Source: an uncultured Candidatus Poseidoniales archaeon (GTDB taxonomy: Archaea > Thermoplasmatota > Poseidoniia > Poseidoniales > Poseidoniaceae). Taken from it: 51,044 bases of DNA. Below the pieces are notes generated by a model. The model worked only from the letters and a program-made list of their open reading frames with translations. It was not told the origin of the DNA and did no database searches. A program made the position numbers and the translations under genes. The first letter of the stretch is position 1. Every line of letters begins with the position of its first letter. Below, piece by piece: positions 18,266-26,793 of the stretch. The stretch covers positions 1-51,044 of the forward strand of contig CAYSJV010000001.1 in the NCBI GenBank assembly GCA_964431435.1, in the 5' to 3' direction.

Positions 18266-18274
18266 GCTAATCCC

Positions 18275-18868
18275 CTAACGATTCTCTTTCAAGAGTTTAT
18301 GAATTTTGTATGGAAGCAAAGCTCGATTTACTGGCGTTACTTCTAATATTCTTGCATCGTCTCTTCTTCTTATATCTTGTAAAAGTGGGTGTCTACTTTT
18401 TTTATGTAATGTAACTAATGTAGGTAAATCTTCTTCTACTGCAGATCTAACCATTTTAACAAACATTTCAGACTCTACAGTAAATTTTCCAATTTCATCA
18501 ATCATTATAATTTCATATTCATCCTTTGCTTCTTCTACAGCAGGGACGCCCACTCGTTCTAATTCACTCATATCAATACCATATCCCAATATTCGTAATC
18601 GTGAATCAATATTTTTGTGCGCCATTAAGCCTCTTTCGCCATTTTGATAATTGACACATTCAAACCCAACTCTTTCACCATCTTCAACAACCGGTTCAGT
18701 GAACATACCCCCTATCAATTTATAATTTTCAAAATCTTCTCCTCTGCTTCGAAGTTCTTTTTCCTTTTCTTCTTCTAACATTTTTATTATTTTTTTGAGA
18801 ACCAAACTTTTTCCACTTCGTGGTAATCCTGTTATTCCAATCTTTGGATTAATTCCCATAATTCTCAC
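18275..18868 (-). CDS. THEP1-family nucleoside triphosphatase
   Basis: Walker A GITGLPRSGKS, Walker B IIMIDEIGKFT, and GFECVNYQNGERG, as in the archaeal/eukaryotic NTPase_1 (THEP1) family. Length ~190 aa. Confidence 0.8.
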   Translation of the reverse strand: MRIMGINPKIGITGLPRSGKSLVLKKIIKMLEEEKEKELRSRGEDFENYKLIGGMFTEPVVEDGERVGFECVNYQNGERGLMAHKNIDSRLRILGYGIDMSELERVGVPAVEEAKDEYEIIMIDEIGKFTVESEMFVKMVRSAVEEDLPTLVTLHKKSRHPLLQDIRRRDDARILEVTPVNRALLPYKIHKLLKENR

Positions 18869-18925
18869 CTCGTAGCAAATCCTTCATGCGCGTTAGCATA
18901 ATAAATGGTTGGATTAAATTTTCAC

Positions 18926-19441
18926 CTATCCAAATAGAATATCTTGACTTTCTTGCATCCATTCCCAACCCTTTTGGCACCAGCCAACTAACGTTTTTAC
19001 AACCTGTTGGTCTAAACCTAGGTGTTCAGCAATTTTGAATAGTGCTGCCAATTCATTATCATCAATTTCACCATCTGCAGCTGACATCATAACTGCATCA
19101 CGTAAAGCAAGCTTCCCAGCCCGATCCAATGGGTCAGCAAGTTTTGAAAGGTCATTGAGACATTCTTGCAAACTGGGCGGTTGAGTGAGAAAACCTCTGA
19201 TCTCTTTACGTTTTGAGGGGGATAACAAAGCACTTCCAAGTCGTTGTTCAAACAACATCATTTCACCCATGGATAGTTCTTTGTCTATACGACTAATGTG
19301 GGCCAATAATTTGGCATAAACAAATCTCTCATCTGTTGTGAGTTCGTGTAGCGTATCGGGCAGCATGAACAAGGGAAGAGGTTTAATCTCATAAATTACA
19401 TTGTAGGTTGAGTGAGAATCAGATAATGTAAAATAACTCAT
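18926..19441 (-). CDS. TerB-like (tellurite-resistance TerB / DjlA N-terminal type) domain protein
   Basis: Two TerB-type half-repeats: AKLLAHISRIDKELSMGEMMLFEQ and AVMMSAADGEIDDNELAALFKIAEHLGL. Confidence 0.6.
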   Translation of the reverse strand: MSYFTLSDSHSTYNVIYEIKPLPLFMLPDTLHELTTDERFVYAKLLAHISRIDKELSMGEMMLFEQRLGSALLSPSKRKEIRGFLTQPPSLQECLNDLSKLADPLDRAGKLALRDAVMMSAADGEIDDNELAALFKIAEHLGLDQQVVKTLVGWCQKGWEWMQESQDILFG

Positions 19442-19453
19442 ATTTGGAGTAAA

Positions 19454-20179
19454 TTATAGTGCTTTAGCCCTAATAACTGACTTTTTGGTCGCATATTTTA
19501 CAGGCCTTACTTCAACAATTGGCAAATTTCTTTCTTCTAACTTGTGTGGTACATTTTGTAATTCAATTAAGTGGGTAGTTAGTAAATCTCGTAAGTCATT
19601 ATTACCATCAACTATAGCTTCTCTAAATTTGGCACTTTCTTCAATCATTTGTTGCTGTATTGTTATGTTTTGGTTTGCATGAATGCTCAATATATTTTCT
19701 AAAGATTCAAAGATTTGTAGATTTTGCCTGTGTTGTTCTTCGCGACCTTCGACTTGCATGTCTAGAAGTTGTTTTTGTCCTTCCGTAAGCAACTTTGCTT
19801 CTTTCATGGCCTTCTCTTGAATTTGCAGCGCCTTTTCTTGTTTAATCATCAAATCTCTTGTCAGGGGAGTACCGAGAGCGTCACGCCTATCTAATTCATC
19901 TAACGTATCTTGGAGGTGTGCTCTAGTCAAACTTAATTGGTATTTATTTTGCTCAAAGATATCTTCCATATTGATTAAAGAATTTTTCATGTTTAGTAAA
20001 TCACCCTCAGTTCTAACCAATTCAGTGTTAAGCTTATTTATCATAGAACCCTTGTTAATATTTTCATAAGAGAAAAAAGACAAAATTGTAAGAGTGACGC
20101 TAATTTCTAGAGACATTCCCAACGACATAGATAATACAAAAATTATTGCGCAAGCCAAGAATGAGCGAATTAAAGCCAT
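19454..20179 (-). CDS. Membrane-anchored coiled-coil protein (hypothetical)
   Basis: N-terminal hydrophobic region LACAIIFVLSMSLGMSLEISVTLTILSFF, then ~190 aa of heptad-like charged sequence rich in Q/E/L/K. Its stop is 12 nt upstream of the TerB-like gene start. Confidence 0.55.
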   Translation of the reverse strand: MALIRSFLACAIIFVLSMSLGMSLEISVTLTILSFFSYENINKGSMINKLNTELVRTEGDLLNMKNSLINMEDIFEQNKYQLSLTRAHLQDTLDELDRRDALGTPLTRDLMIKQEKALQIQEKAMKEAKLLTEGQKQLLDMQVEGREEQHRQNLQIFESLENILSIHANQNITIQQQMIEESAKFREAIVDGNNDLRDLLTTHLIELQNVPHKLEERNLPIVEVRPVKYATKKSVIRAKAL

Positions 20180-20271
20180 GATACCATAATTAATTCACAC
20201 TAATAGCGTATTACTGTTTTCATTTCCAGCATCAATAATCTACTATATTTTCCCCATCTTACAATAAACAG

Positions 20272-20898
20272 TTATGCAGTAGAATATTCATCTTCATCAA
20301 CTTCAAGTATTGTTCCTTGGGATAAGAGATGTTCTATTGCTTCTTTAATTTCGTATTCACTTAATCCCCTGTTTTCTAATCGAGAAAATATTTCACGTCC
20401 AGGTAACGAATGTTCACCAACACTTTCTGCTTTTTCAAGTTCGACTAACACAAGCTGTGCGGCTACAACCAAAAATGGATCATCAGATAATTCACCCGGA
20501 AGACTGTTCAATAAAAATCCAATTGAAGGCGGTGCTTCACCCAACTCTTCATCAGCGATCACATCATTTTTCATCTTTTCATCAATTTCTAAGTTGAAGC
20601 AATCAAACAAATTCTTTTGAAATCTATCTACATTTTTATTCAAAGAAATATCAAAACCCATTCTTCTTGAAATGCTGGTTAATCTGTGCATTCTTTGTTC
20701 ATAGTGAAGTAACTCTTTGTCAATATCTGCAGATAGCATATTTAATTCTTCATCTGCTACTTGTTCTAACCATTCCATTAAATTCCATTCAGGATTTATT
20801 GCTATCATGACATCAATTAACTTTCTAATGGATTCAGGCATATCGGAAGCATCGAATGAAGAAGTCCACTTCTTTTCTATACGGTCGTCTTCGGGCAC
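20272..20898 (-). CDS. Hypothetical acidic protein with a possible C-terminal winged-helix-like module
   Basis: Long ORF with coding-like composition and a GTG start. C-terminus reads SEYEIKEAIEHLLSQGTILEVDEDEY. No family recognised. Confidence 0.45.
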   Translation of the reverse strand: MPEDDRIEKKWTSSFDASDMPESIRKLIDVMIAINPEWNLMEWLEQVADEELNMLSADIDKELLHYEQRMHRLTSISRRMGFDISLNKNVDRFQKNLFDCFNLEIDEKMKNDVIADEELGEAPPSIGFLLNSLPGELSDDPFLVVAAQLVLVELEKAESVGEHSLPGREIFSRLENRGLSEYEIKEAIEHLLSQGTILEVDEDEYSTA

Positions 20899-21074
20899 TC
20901 TTTGTCGACTCTCTCGACGGTTGATGAACTATACTCTTCTTTTATTCAATTATTATATTCGATTAAATCATTTGAAACACTGCATTAATGCGTAAATATT
21001 TATTTTTCATAGAATATCCCAATACCCACAGTCATTTAACCAAATATTTCTATGGTGGCGTTCAAGTACACCAA

Positions 21075-22268
21075 ATGTTTCGGGGGTCTGTGTCAGACTA
21101 CAGCATTACATTGTTACCCGGCGACGGGACAGGGAATGAGGTTGTTTCAGAAGCAAAGAAAGTACTTGATGCAATACAGGAAAACTCCAATATTGGTTTT
21201 GATTTTACAACCATTGAATGCGGCGGATTACACTTCAAAGAGCACGGACAAGAATGGGCAGAAGGCTCTTTTGATATTTGTAAAAACGAGTCAGATGCAA
21301 TCTTACTTGGAGCAATTGGGTGGCCAGGTATTCGAAGAAAAAACGGAGATCTAGCAGGGGGAGAAGTAGTATTAGGACTCCGAGCAGGTCTAGAGTTATA
21401 TGCGAATGTAAGGCCAATTAAATTGTATGAAGGAGTATCTCACAAGGTTCATGGTAAATTTGCCAAAATTTGGGATTCTGACAAAGTTGATTTATTGATT
21501 CTGAGAGAAAATACAGAAGGCCTGTATTATAGCACACTTCAAAGGTCAGTTAAGAGAATAAAAGGAGAGAAGTTCAGAGAATATCCCCCCATTTCTTTTC
21601 CAGATTTAGGTGATGAAGTTGCTTGGGATCCGAGACCCATTTCCAAAAAAGGTACAGAAAGAGTTGTCCGTCGTGCTTTTGAATATGCAATAAAAAGAGA
21701 GGGAAGCCCCCATAATAAAAAAGTAACTTGTGTAGACAAGAGCAATGTTACAAAAGGTTGTCAATTATTTCGTTCTACATTTGATGAAGTTTCGAAAGAG
21801 TTCCCTTCAATTGGCACAACTCATGCTTATGTAGATGCTTTTACTATGTGGATGGTACGTAATCCTGAAGATTTCGATGTAGTAGTAACATCCAACCTTT
21901 TTGGTGATATAATTACAGATTTAGGAAGTGTTCTACAAGGCGGTATGGGTATGGCAGCAAGTGGAAACATCGGGGATAATCATGGTTTGTTTGAACCAGT
22001 TCATGGCTCATCACCAAAGTATGCAGGATTAAACAAAGTAAATCCAATTGCAGCAATAAATTCAGCACAAATGATGCTGGAATGGATTGGATATACTAAA
22101 GGAGACCAAGATGCAACTCAAGCTGCAAATATCCTAAGTCAATGTGTTGGAGAACACATTAAAAATGAAGCAATTCTTACTTATGATTTAGGTGGAAATT
22201 CAACTACTAGTCAAGTGGGGGATGCAATTGCTAATAGAGTTGGAAACACAGTTAGGGAATTGATTTAA
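21075..22268 (+). CDS. Isopropylmalate/tartrate/isocitrate dehydrogenase-family beta-decarboxylating dehydrogenase
   Basis: ITLLPGDGTGNEV, LELYANVRP, TSNLFGDIITDL and EPVHGSSPKYAGLNKVNP. The ATG at 21075 gives the canonical N-terminus. The ORF track extends to 20988, but that extra segment looks non-coding. Confidence 0.9.
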   Translation: MFRGSVSDYSITLLPGDGTGNEVVSEAKKVLDAIQENSNIGFDFTTIECGGLHFKEHGQEWAEGSFDICKNESDAILLGAIGWPGIRRKNGDLAGGEVVLGLRAGLELYANVRPIKLYEGVSHKVHGKFAKIWDSDKVDLLILRENTEGLYYSTLQRSVKRIKGEKFREYPPISFPDLGDEVAWDPRPISKKGTERVVRRAFEYAIKREGSPHNKKVTCVDKSNVTKGCQLFRSTFDEVSKEFPSIGTTHAYVDAFTMWMVRNPEDFDVVVTSNLFGDIITDLGSVLQGGMGMAASGNIGDNHGLFEPVHGSSPKYAGLNKVNPIAAINSAQMMLEWIGYTKGDQDATQAANILSQCVGEHIKNEAILTYDLGGNSTTSQVGDAIANRVGNTVRELI

Positions 22269-22272
22269 TTTA

Positions 22273-23067
22273 TCAGTTATTATCAGATAAGTTATCTAGT
22301 CTGTTATTTATCCAAATCAGAGATTGGTTAATATTCTCATTATTTTTCCATTCACCCTCAATTGATTCAAAACCAGCTTGCAATATGTTGAATAAATTTT
22401 CACCGACTCTGGATATTTCATCTACTATAGTAACATTAGCCATTTCTGCACTCCTAGACAATGGATTCAGATCTACAACAATTACACTTTTCCCCATTCT
22501 TACCAATGCTTCACATCTATCACCATCTTCTAATGGAACAAATACTACATCAGCTGCATAAATCCCATCACAGCAACATTTAGATCTTGGCCCCTCCAAA
22601 TTAGCTATTTTACATTCTGCAACTTTTCCAAGAATATTGACATTGAGTACTTTATGTTCCCAACCATCGATTTCAGAGTGTTCTTTTGAAATCTTTTCTT
22701 TTTTTCCTTCTAGATAATTTACTAAACCACTAATCCTTTTTTCAGTTCGATAAAATATATTTATCTCGATTGAACATTCGAGAATGGCAGCACATCTAAT
22801 TAGATAATCACCACTAAGTATTGCAGTATTTCCATTTATACTAATTATTGGTCTTTTGGCAGAAGAAAGCAATTTCGCAGCATATTTTGTTGCTAGCAAA
22901 GCAGATGGAATTGTTTGCTCACCAATCAAATAATCAAATGCTTCACCTCTTCCATGAGCAATCATAGCAGTTCCTGCCAATAAACCACCTTTCTGAGCTT
23001 CCTCCAACAGATATCTAGCAGATAGGGACTTGTATCTAGGATGAGATTTATCAGGACCTTCACTCAT
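22273..23067 (-). CDS. Archaeal phosphopantothenate synthetase (4-phosphopantoate--beta-alanine ligase)
   Basis: SHPRYKSL, IAHGRGEAFDYLIGE, INIFYRTE, VPLEDGDRCEALVRMGK and VDLNPLSRSA match my recollection of the COG1701 / TK1686-type enzymes. Confidence 0.8.
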   Translation of the reverse strand: MSEGPDKSHPRYKSLSARYLLEEAQKGGLLAGTAMIAHGRGEAFDYLIGEQTIPSALLATKYAAKLLSSAKRPIISINGNTAILSGDYLIRCAAILECSIEINIFYRTEKRISGLVNYLEGKKEKISKEHSEIDGWEHKVLNVNILGKVAECKIANLEGPRSKCCCDGIYAADVVFVPLEDGDRCEALVRMGKSVIVVDLNPLSRSAEMANVTIVDEISRVGENLFNILQAGFESIEGEWKNNENINQSLIWINNRLDNLSDNN

Positions 23068-23069
23068 AT

Positions 23070-24026
23070 TTATTCCTCTTTAACAATTAACAAAGAAACG
23101 TCTAACGGAATAGTCCCCCTATGTATCGCACTCGTTGAAATAACATCTACTCCTGATTCTTTCCATGTATCAACATTCTGTAAAGTAATACCTCCACTTG
23201 CCTCTATGATTATTGAATTCTTCAATTTATTTTTTTTCAATTCTTCAATCACTAAATAACAATTACTGGGTTCCATATTATCTAACATAATTGTAAGTGG
23301 TACACTTGTATTTTCCATAACCCATTTCTCAGCTACTTTGATGGCTTCTTCCATTTTTCTAACTTCTATTACCACAAATTCTTGAGTTTCATCCATTTTT
23401 ATTTGTTCAATCGTATTAATTATATTTACCAAATGATCATCTTCTTTAAGATTAGAACTAATAATATCATTTTCTTTTATCATTAAAGCATCTTCTCGAG
23501 AAAGCCGATGCGTCAAACCACCACCAATATGAACTGCCCACTTATCCAAAAGTCCCCATGTAGTTTTACGTGTTGATGCTATAGGTATTGGAGATCTTTT
23601 CACCCAATTATTAGTGGTAGTTGCAATCCCCGATAATCTGCCAACGATGTTTAAAATCACTCGCTCAAACTTCAAGATTTGGTTAGTGTCCATTGTTAAT
23701 ATCATAAGTTCCTCATCAACTTTTACCAGATCTCCATCTGCTACCTTATATTCTATTTTCGCACCTTCTATCCAATTATCTAGTAAAAAATTAATTGGTA
23801 ATTTACCTGCAAAAACCCCCTCTTCTTTACAACTAATTATCGCCTTACACAACTCTCCCTTACTTTCGATAACTCCTTGTATTTCATCATCCAATAATAA
23901 TGAACTTATCCACCTCTTCAAACTTTCCTTGAATATAGGGGATAGTTTACCTTCCTCATCAATTAATTTCGAAATACGATTATGGGGAAGGTTCCTCTGA
24001 ATAATGCTCTCATTCATCATTTTCAC
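23070..24026 (-). CDS. nadC: Nicotinate-nucleotide pyrophosphorylase (quinolinate phosphoribosyltransferase)
   Basis: STRKTTWGLLDKWAVHIGGGLTHRLSREDALMIKENDI, IMLDNM and IEASGGIT are canonical NadC motifs. Confidence 0.9.
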   Translation of the reverse strand: MKMMNESIIQRNLPHNRISKLIDEEGKLSPIFKESLKRWISSLLLDDEIQGVIESKGELCKAIISCKEEGVFAGKLPINFLLDNWIEGAKIEYKVADGDLVKVDEELMILTMDTNQILKFERVILNIVGRLSGIATTTNNWVKRSPIPIASTRKTTWGLLDKWAVHIGGGLTHRLSREDALMIKENDIISSNLKEDDHLVNIINTIEQIKMDETQEFVVIEVRKMEEAIKVAEKWVMENTSVPLTIMLDNMEPSNCYLVIEELKKNKLKNSIIIEASGGITLQNVDTWKESGVDVISTSAIHRGTIPLDVSLLIVKEE

Positions 24027-24035
24027 CTACAAATA

Positions 24036-24314
24036 TCACTTTTTATTGGACCCTTCAATCATCAATGCAGACTCTGAGGCCATCAAGCATACAAGCAGGT
24101 CGTCTATTGTTGAGCGCAAACTACCTATTGATTCAGCATTTGCAAAAACAGTTAACAAAACATCACCATCAGCCAAATCTTCAATTTGTATAGTCATAAA
24201 ATCGGCATCATCTACCTCTATTGCTTTCTTCAAATGGCTAGCAATTTGTTTATTTCCTTTCCATTTAATGGATGCCTCATAATCTGCCAAAGCCCTCTCC
24301 TCAAGGTAAGCCAA
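24036..24314 (-). CDS. Possible KEOPS subunit Pcc1-like small protein
   Basis: 92 aa. The pattern YEASIKW...LLTVFANAESIGSLRSTIDDLLVCLMASESAL resembles Pcc1 (..I.A.D..ALR..vNS.LRWi). The resemblance was judged by eye only. Confidence 0.4.
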   Translation of the reverse strand: MAYLEERALADYEASIKWKGNKQIASHLKKAIEVDDADFMTIQIEDLADGDVLLTVFANAESIGSLRSTIDDLLVCLMASESALMIEGSNKK

Positions 24315-24377
24315 AAGTTATTCAACCATGAAATCTCCCTTCAACAATATTATCATTGACTCATCTAAGCCGTATAC

Positions 24378-25229
24378 GTGAACGATACATCAACACCCTC
24401 TGATTTCGGTGCAATTCCTGAAGAGGTAGTAGCTAAGGATGTTCCGGAAACAGTTTTTTCATCCAGCGGCATAACGCTAAAACTTCCTTCTGAAACTCCT
24501 ATCACTAATGGAGCAAAACTTTTGGCAATGTTGATTTTCATAGCATCAATTTCAGGGTTCGCATATGGTATTGATTTTGTGTCAATGGAAAGTGGTTTAG
24601 TTCGCCCTCACGAATTTATTTATTCACAAACACACAATGCACCTGTAAATTCTTCTATTTTGTCAGGAACTGTGTATTTAGAAGACGGGACTCCTGCAGA
24701 AAATTATTCGGTGGATATAAGATCTAAAAAAAGTGGCAATTTATTCACCACTACAAACTCTGAAGGATATTTTGAGATTAGAAATATTACTCCCGATTTA
24801 ATTAATCTAGATGTACTTGTAAAGGAAGGAAACATCACTAAAGGAGTTAGTCATAGGGTATTATTATCTCCCCCAGCATTGTTTGAGCCTTATGGATTCA
24901 CATCACTTACAATAATATTTCCAGAAGAATTTAAAGATAATCGTTCTGATAATCCACCAGTATATTGGACAGATTATTCCCCTGATGAAATGGAATTACC
25001 TCTATATGATTCTTCAGCAGGATTGGTTTATCAATTAATGGGATTTGGCTTCATCGGTCTTTCAGCAATTTCTGCATTTCTTGCCATAATTGGTCTTAGA
25101 ACAGGGAGTCCCGCAATTCTTAGAACAGCTTCCATCATTGTATTTTTCACTTCAGGATATTATTACACATCTTGTTGTCTTGGTATAGTAACAATTGGTC
25201 TTAGTTTTGTAATACCAATTAGAGAATAA
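24378..25229 (+). CDS. Membrane protein with a carboxypeptidase-regulatory-like beta-sandwich ectodomain
   Basis: The motif GTVYLEDGTPAENYSVDI...TTNSEGYFEIRNITP is typical of CarboxypepD_reg-like domains. One N-proximal and about three C-terminal hydrophobic helices. GTG start. Confidence 0.55.
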   Translation: MNDTSTPSDFGAIPEEVVAKDVPETVFSSSGITLKLPSETPITNGAKLLAMLIFIASISGFAYGIDFVSMESGLVRPHEFIYSQTHNAPVNSSILSGTVYLEDGTPAENYSVDIRSKKSGNLFTTTNSEGYFEIRNITPDLINLDVLVKEGNITKGVSHRVLLSPPALFEPYGFTSLTIIFPEEFKDNRSDNPPVYWTDYSPDEMELPLYDSSAGLVYQLMGFGFIGLSAISAFLAIIGLRTGSPAILRTASIIVFFTSGYYYTSCCLGIVTIGLSFVIPIRE

Positions 25230-25262
25230 CGTCTTATCTACCCCCTCCCCCTCCGTTAATTC

Positions 25263-26399
25263 ATGGAGGTCTCCGCAAGTTCTTTAGAAGATTTTGCGTG
25301 GATGAGTAGACAGACTCCTTCCCCTGTATCTTCTGTAAATATCATTGAAGAGGCTTTTTATGTGGGGGATATTGATGGAAATTTGTATGTGTGGGATTTA
25401 GATGGAGATTTATGTTGGAACACTGATTGTGGAGATCGAGTTGAAAGTATCGCAATTGCTAGTAAACATAAGCCGGCATTGCTATTTGCAACTGCAGGAG
25501 TGGATTTAATTTGTCTAAATGCGGATTTAGGAGATATTGTGTGGTGTAATAAATTGGAAGGATCTAGTGATGAAGTAGTTTGTACTCCAAATGCTTCATT
25601 CATTGTTGCTACCAGCTCAGTTTTTGATGTAGAACATTTAGATTTCATGGAAAGCGCTTGCTGGAAATTTGATTCAAAAGGTGAGATTTTGAATGTAAGT
25701 AGGTTTGATGAACGCCCCTGGTATGTAGGGTTATTACATTCGAATGATGTCATAATGGGCCTCGGCCGTCCAAGTTGCGGCGCAACTATATTATCAGAAG
25801 AAAATGAGCATTCTCCACTAGTTCTTACAAATACCTCTCCGGTGACATGTGGTACTGGAAGAGGGGACGATACAATCCTTGGTCATGCTAATGGGGGAAT
25901 TACATGCATCTTGAAATCGAAAGAAGTATTTTTTTCAGAAAATGAAGATTCGAGTTCGACTTCAGTATTAGATTCATCCAATGATTGTGTTTTACAAGTT
26001 CAAGAATCTGGTAAGATCACATTTTTCCTCGAAAATGGAGAAAAATGGAATCATAATTTGGGTGAAGTAATTGAGAGGGGCATAATTGGCTTTGAATATA
26101 CAGATTCTAGAACAATTTGGCTTGCTTATCATGACGACGAGGGTTCAAAAATACACGTTTTGAATGGTAATGATGCAACTTCCCTTTGTTTATTTTCAAT
26201 GTCAAGTCGAGTTCGTGCAATATCTTCTAATGAAAGTTTTGTAATTGTGGGTTTAGATGATGGTAATGTTTATGCCATTGAATCTAAACAATTTTCAAGA
26301 AGAATCAATAGTCCAAAAGAAGAAAGTGTTGATGATGACAAAGATTCAGATTATCGTAGAGATATGCTGGAAAAGTTACGTAATTTGAATAAAGATTGA
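25263..26399 (+). CDS. Beta-propeller repeat protein (PQQ/WD-like), apparently cytoplasmic
   Basis: Repeats of the type GDIDGNLYVWDLDGDLCWN, LNADLGDIVWCNKL and VGLDDGNVYAIE. No signal peptide. Charged C-terminal tail. Confidence 0.55.
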   Translation: MEVSASSLEDFAWMSRQTPSPVSSVNIIEEAFYVGDIDGNLYVWDLDGDLCWNTDCGDRVESIAIASKHKPALLFATAGVDLICLNADLGDIVWCNKLEGSSDEVVCTPNASFIVATSSVFDVEHLDFMESACWKFDSKGEILNVSRFDERPWYVGLLHSNDVIMGLGRPSCGATILSEENEHSPLVLTNTSPVTCGTGRGDDTILGHANGGITCILKSKEVFFSENEDSSSTSVLDSSNDCVLQVQESGKITFFLENGEKWNHNLGEVIERGIIGFEYTDSRTIWLAYHDDEGSKIHVLNGNDATSLCLFSMSSRVRAISSNESFVIVGLDDGNVYAIESKQFSRRINSPKEESVDDDKDSDYRRDMLEKLRNLNKD

Positions 26400-26405
26400 A
26401 TTAAA

Positions 26406-26780
26406 TTAGAGTATCGCGTGCGTTATTTTCCAACCACCATAAGCTAGTATGGGGCCTATTATGGCGGTAGAGAAAATATATGCAAATAATTGGGTCCACA
26501 TTTTTGATTCGAACATATATATGGTATCAACTGAATATGTTGAGAGTGTAGTAAATGCACCAAGAATGCCCACCCCTAATAATAGCATCATATCATTAGA
26601 CATAACCCCATAAATTGTTACCGCACATGCTAAACAACCTAGTAGAAAAGATCCGACCAAATTTACTGATAATGTACCCCACGGGAAACTTTCAGTTGGA
26701 ACCCATGAAGCCACTAAATATCTCAATACTGCGCCGATTGCCCCCCCCAGGGCAACAAGCAAGATGTCTTTTGGATCCAC
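26406..26780 (-). CDS. crcB: Fluoride ion channel CrcB/FluC
   Basis: GGAIGAVLRYLV, GTLSVNLVGSFLLG and GILGAFTTLSTY. GTG start preceded by GGTGA. Begins only 13 nt after the fumC stop. Confidence 0.9.
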   Translation of the reverse strand: MDPKDILLVALGGAIGAVLRYLVASWVPTESFPWGTLSVNLVGSFLLGCLACAVTIYGVMSNDMMLLLGVGILGAFTTLSTYSVDTIYMFESKMWTQLFAYIFSTAIIGPILAYGGWKITHAIL

Positions 26781-26793
26781 TTTATCACCATCA

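Noticed and set aside
26781-26793. Possible fluoride riboswitch upstream of crcB
   Set aside because: Only 13 nt separate the fumC stop from the crcB start. That leaves no room for the ~60-nt crcB motif.
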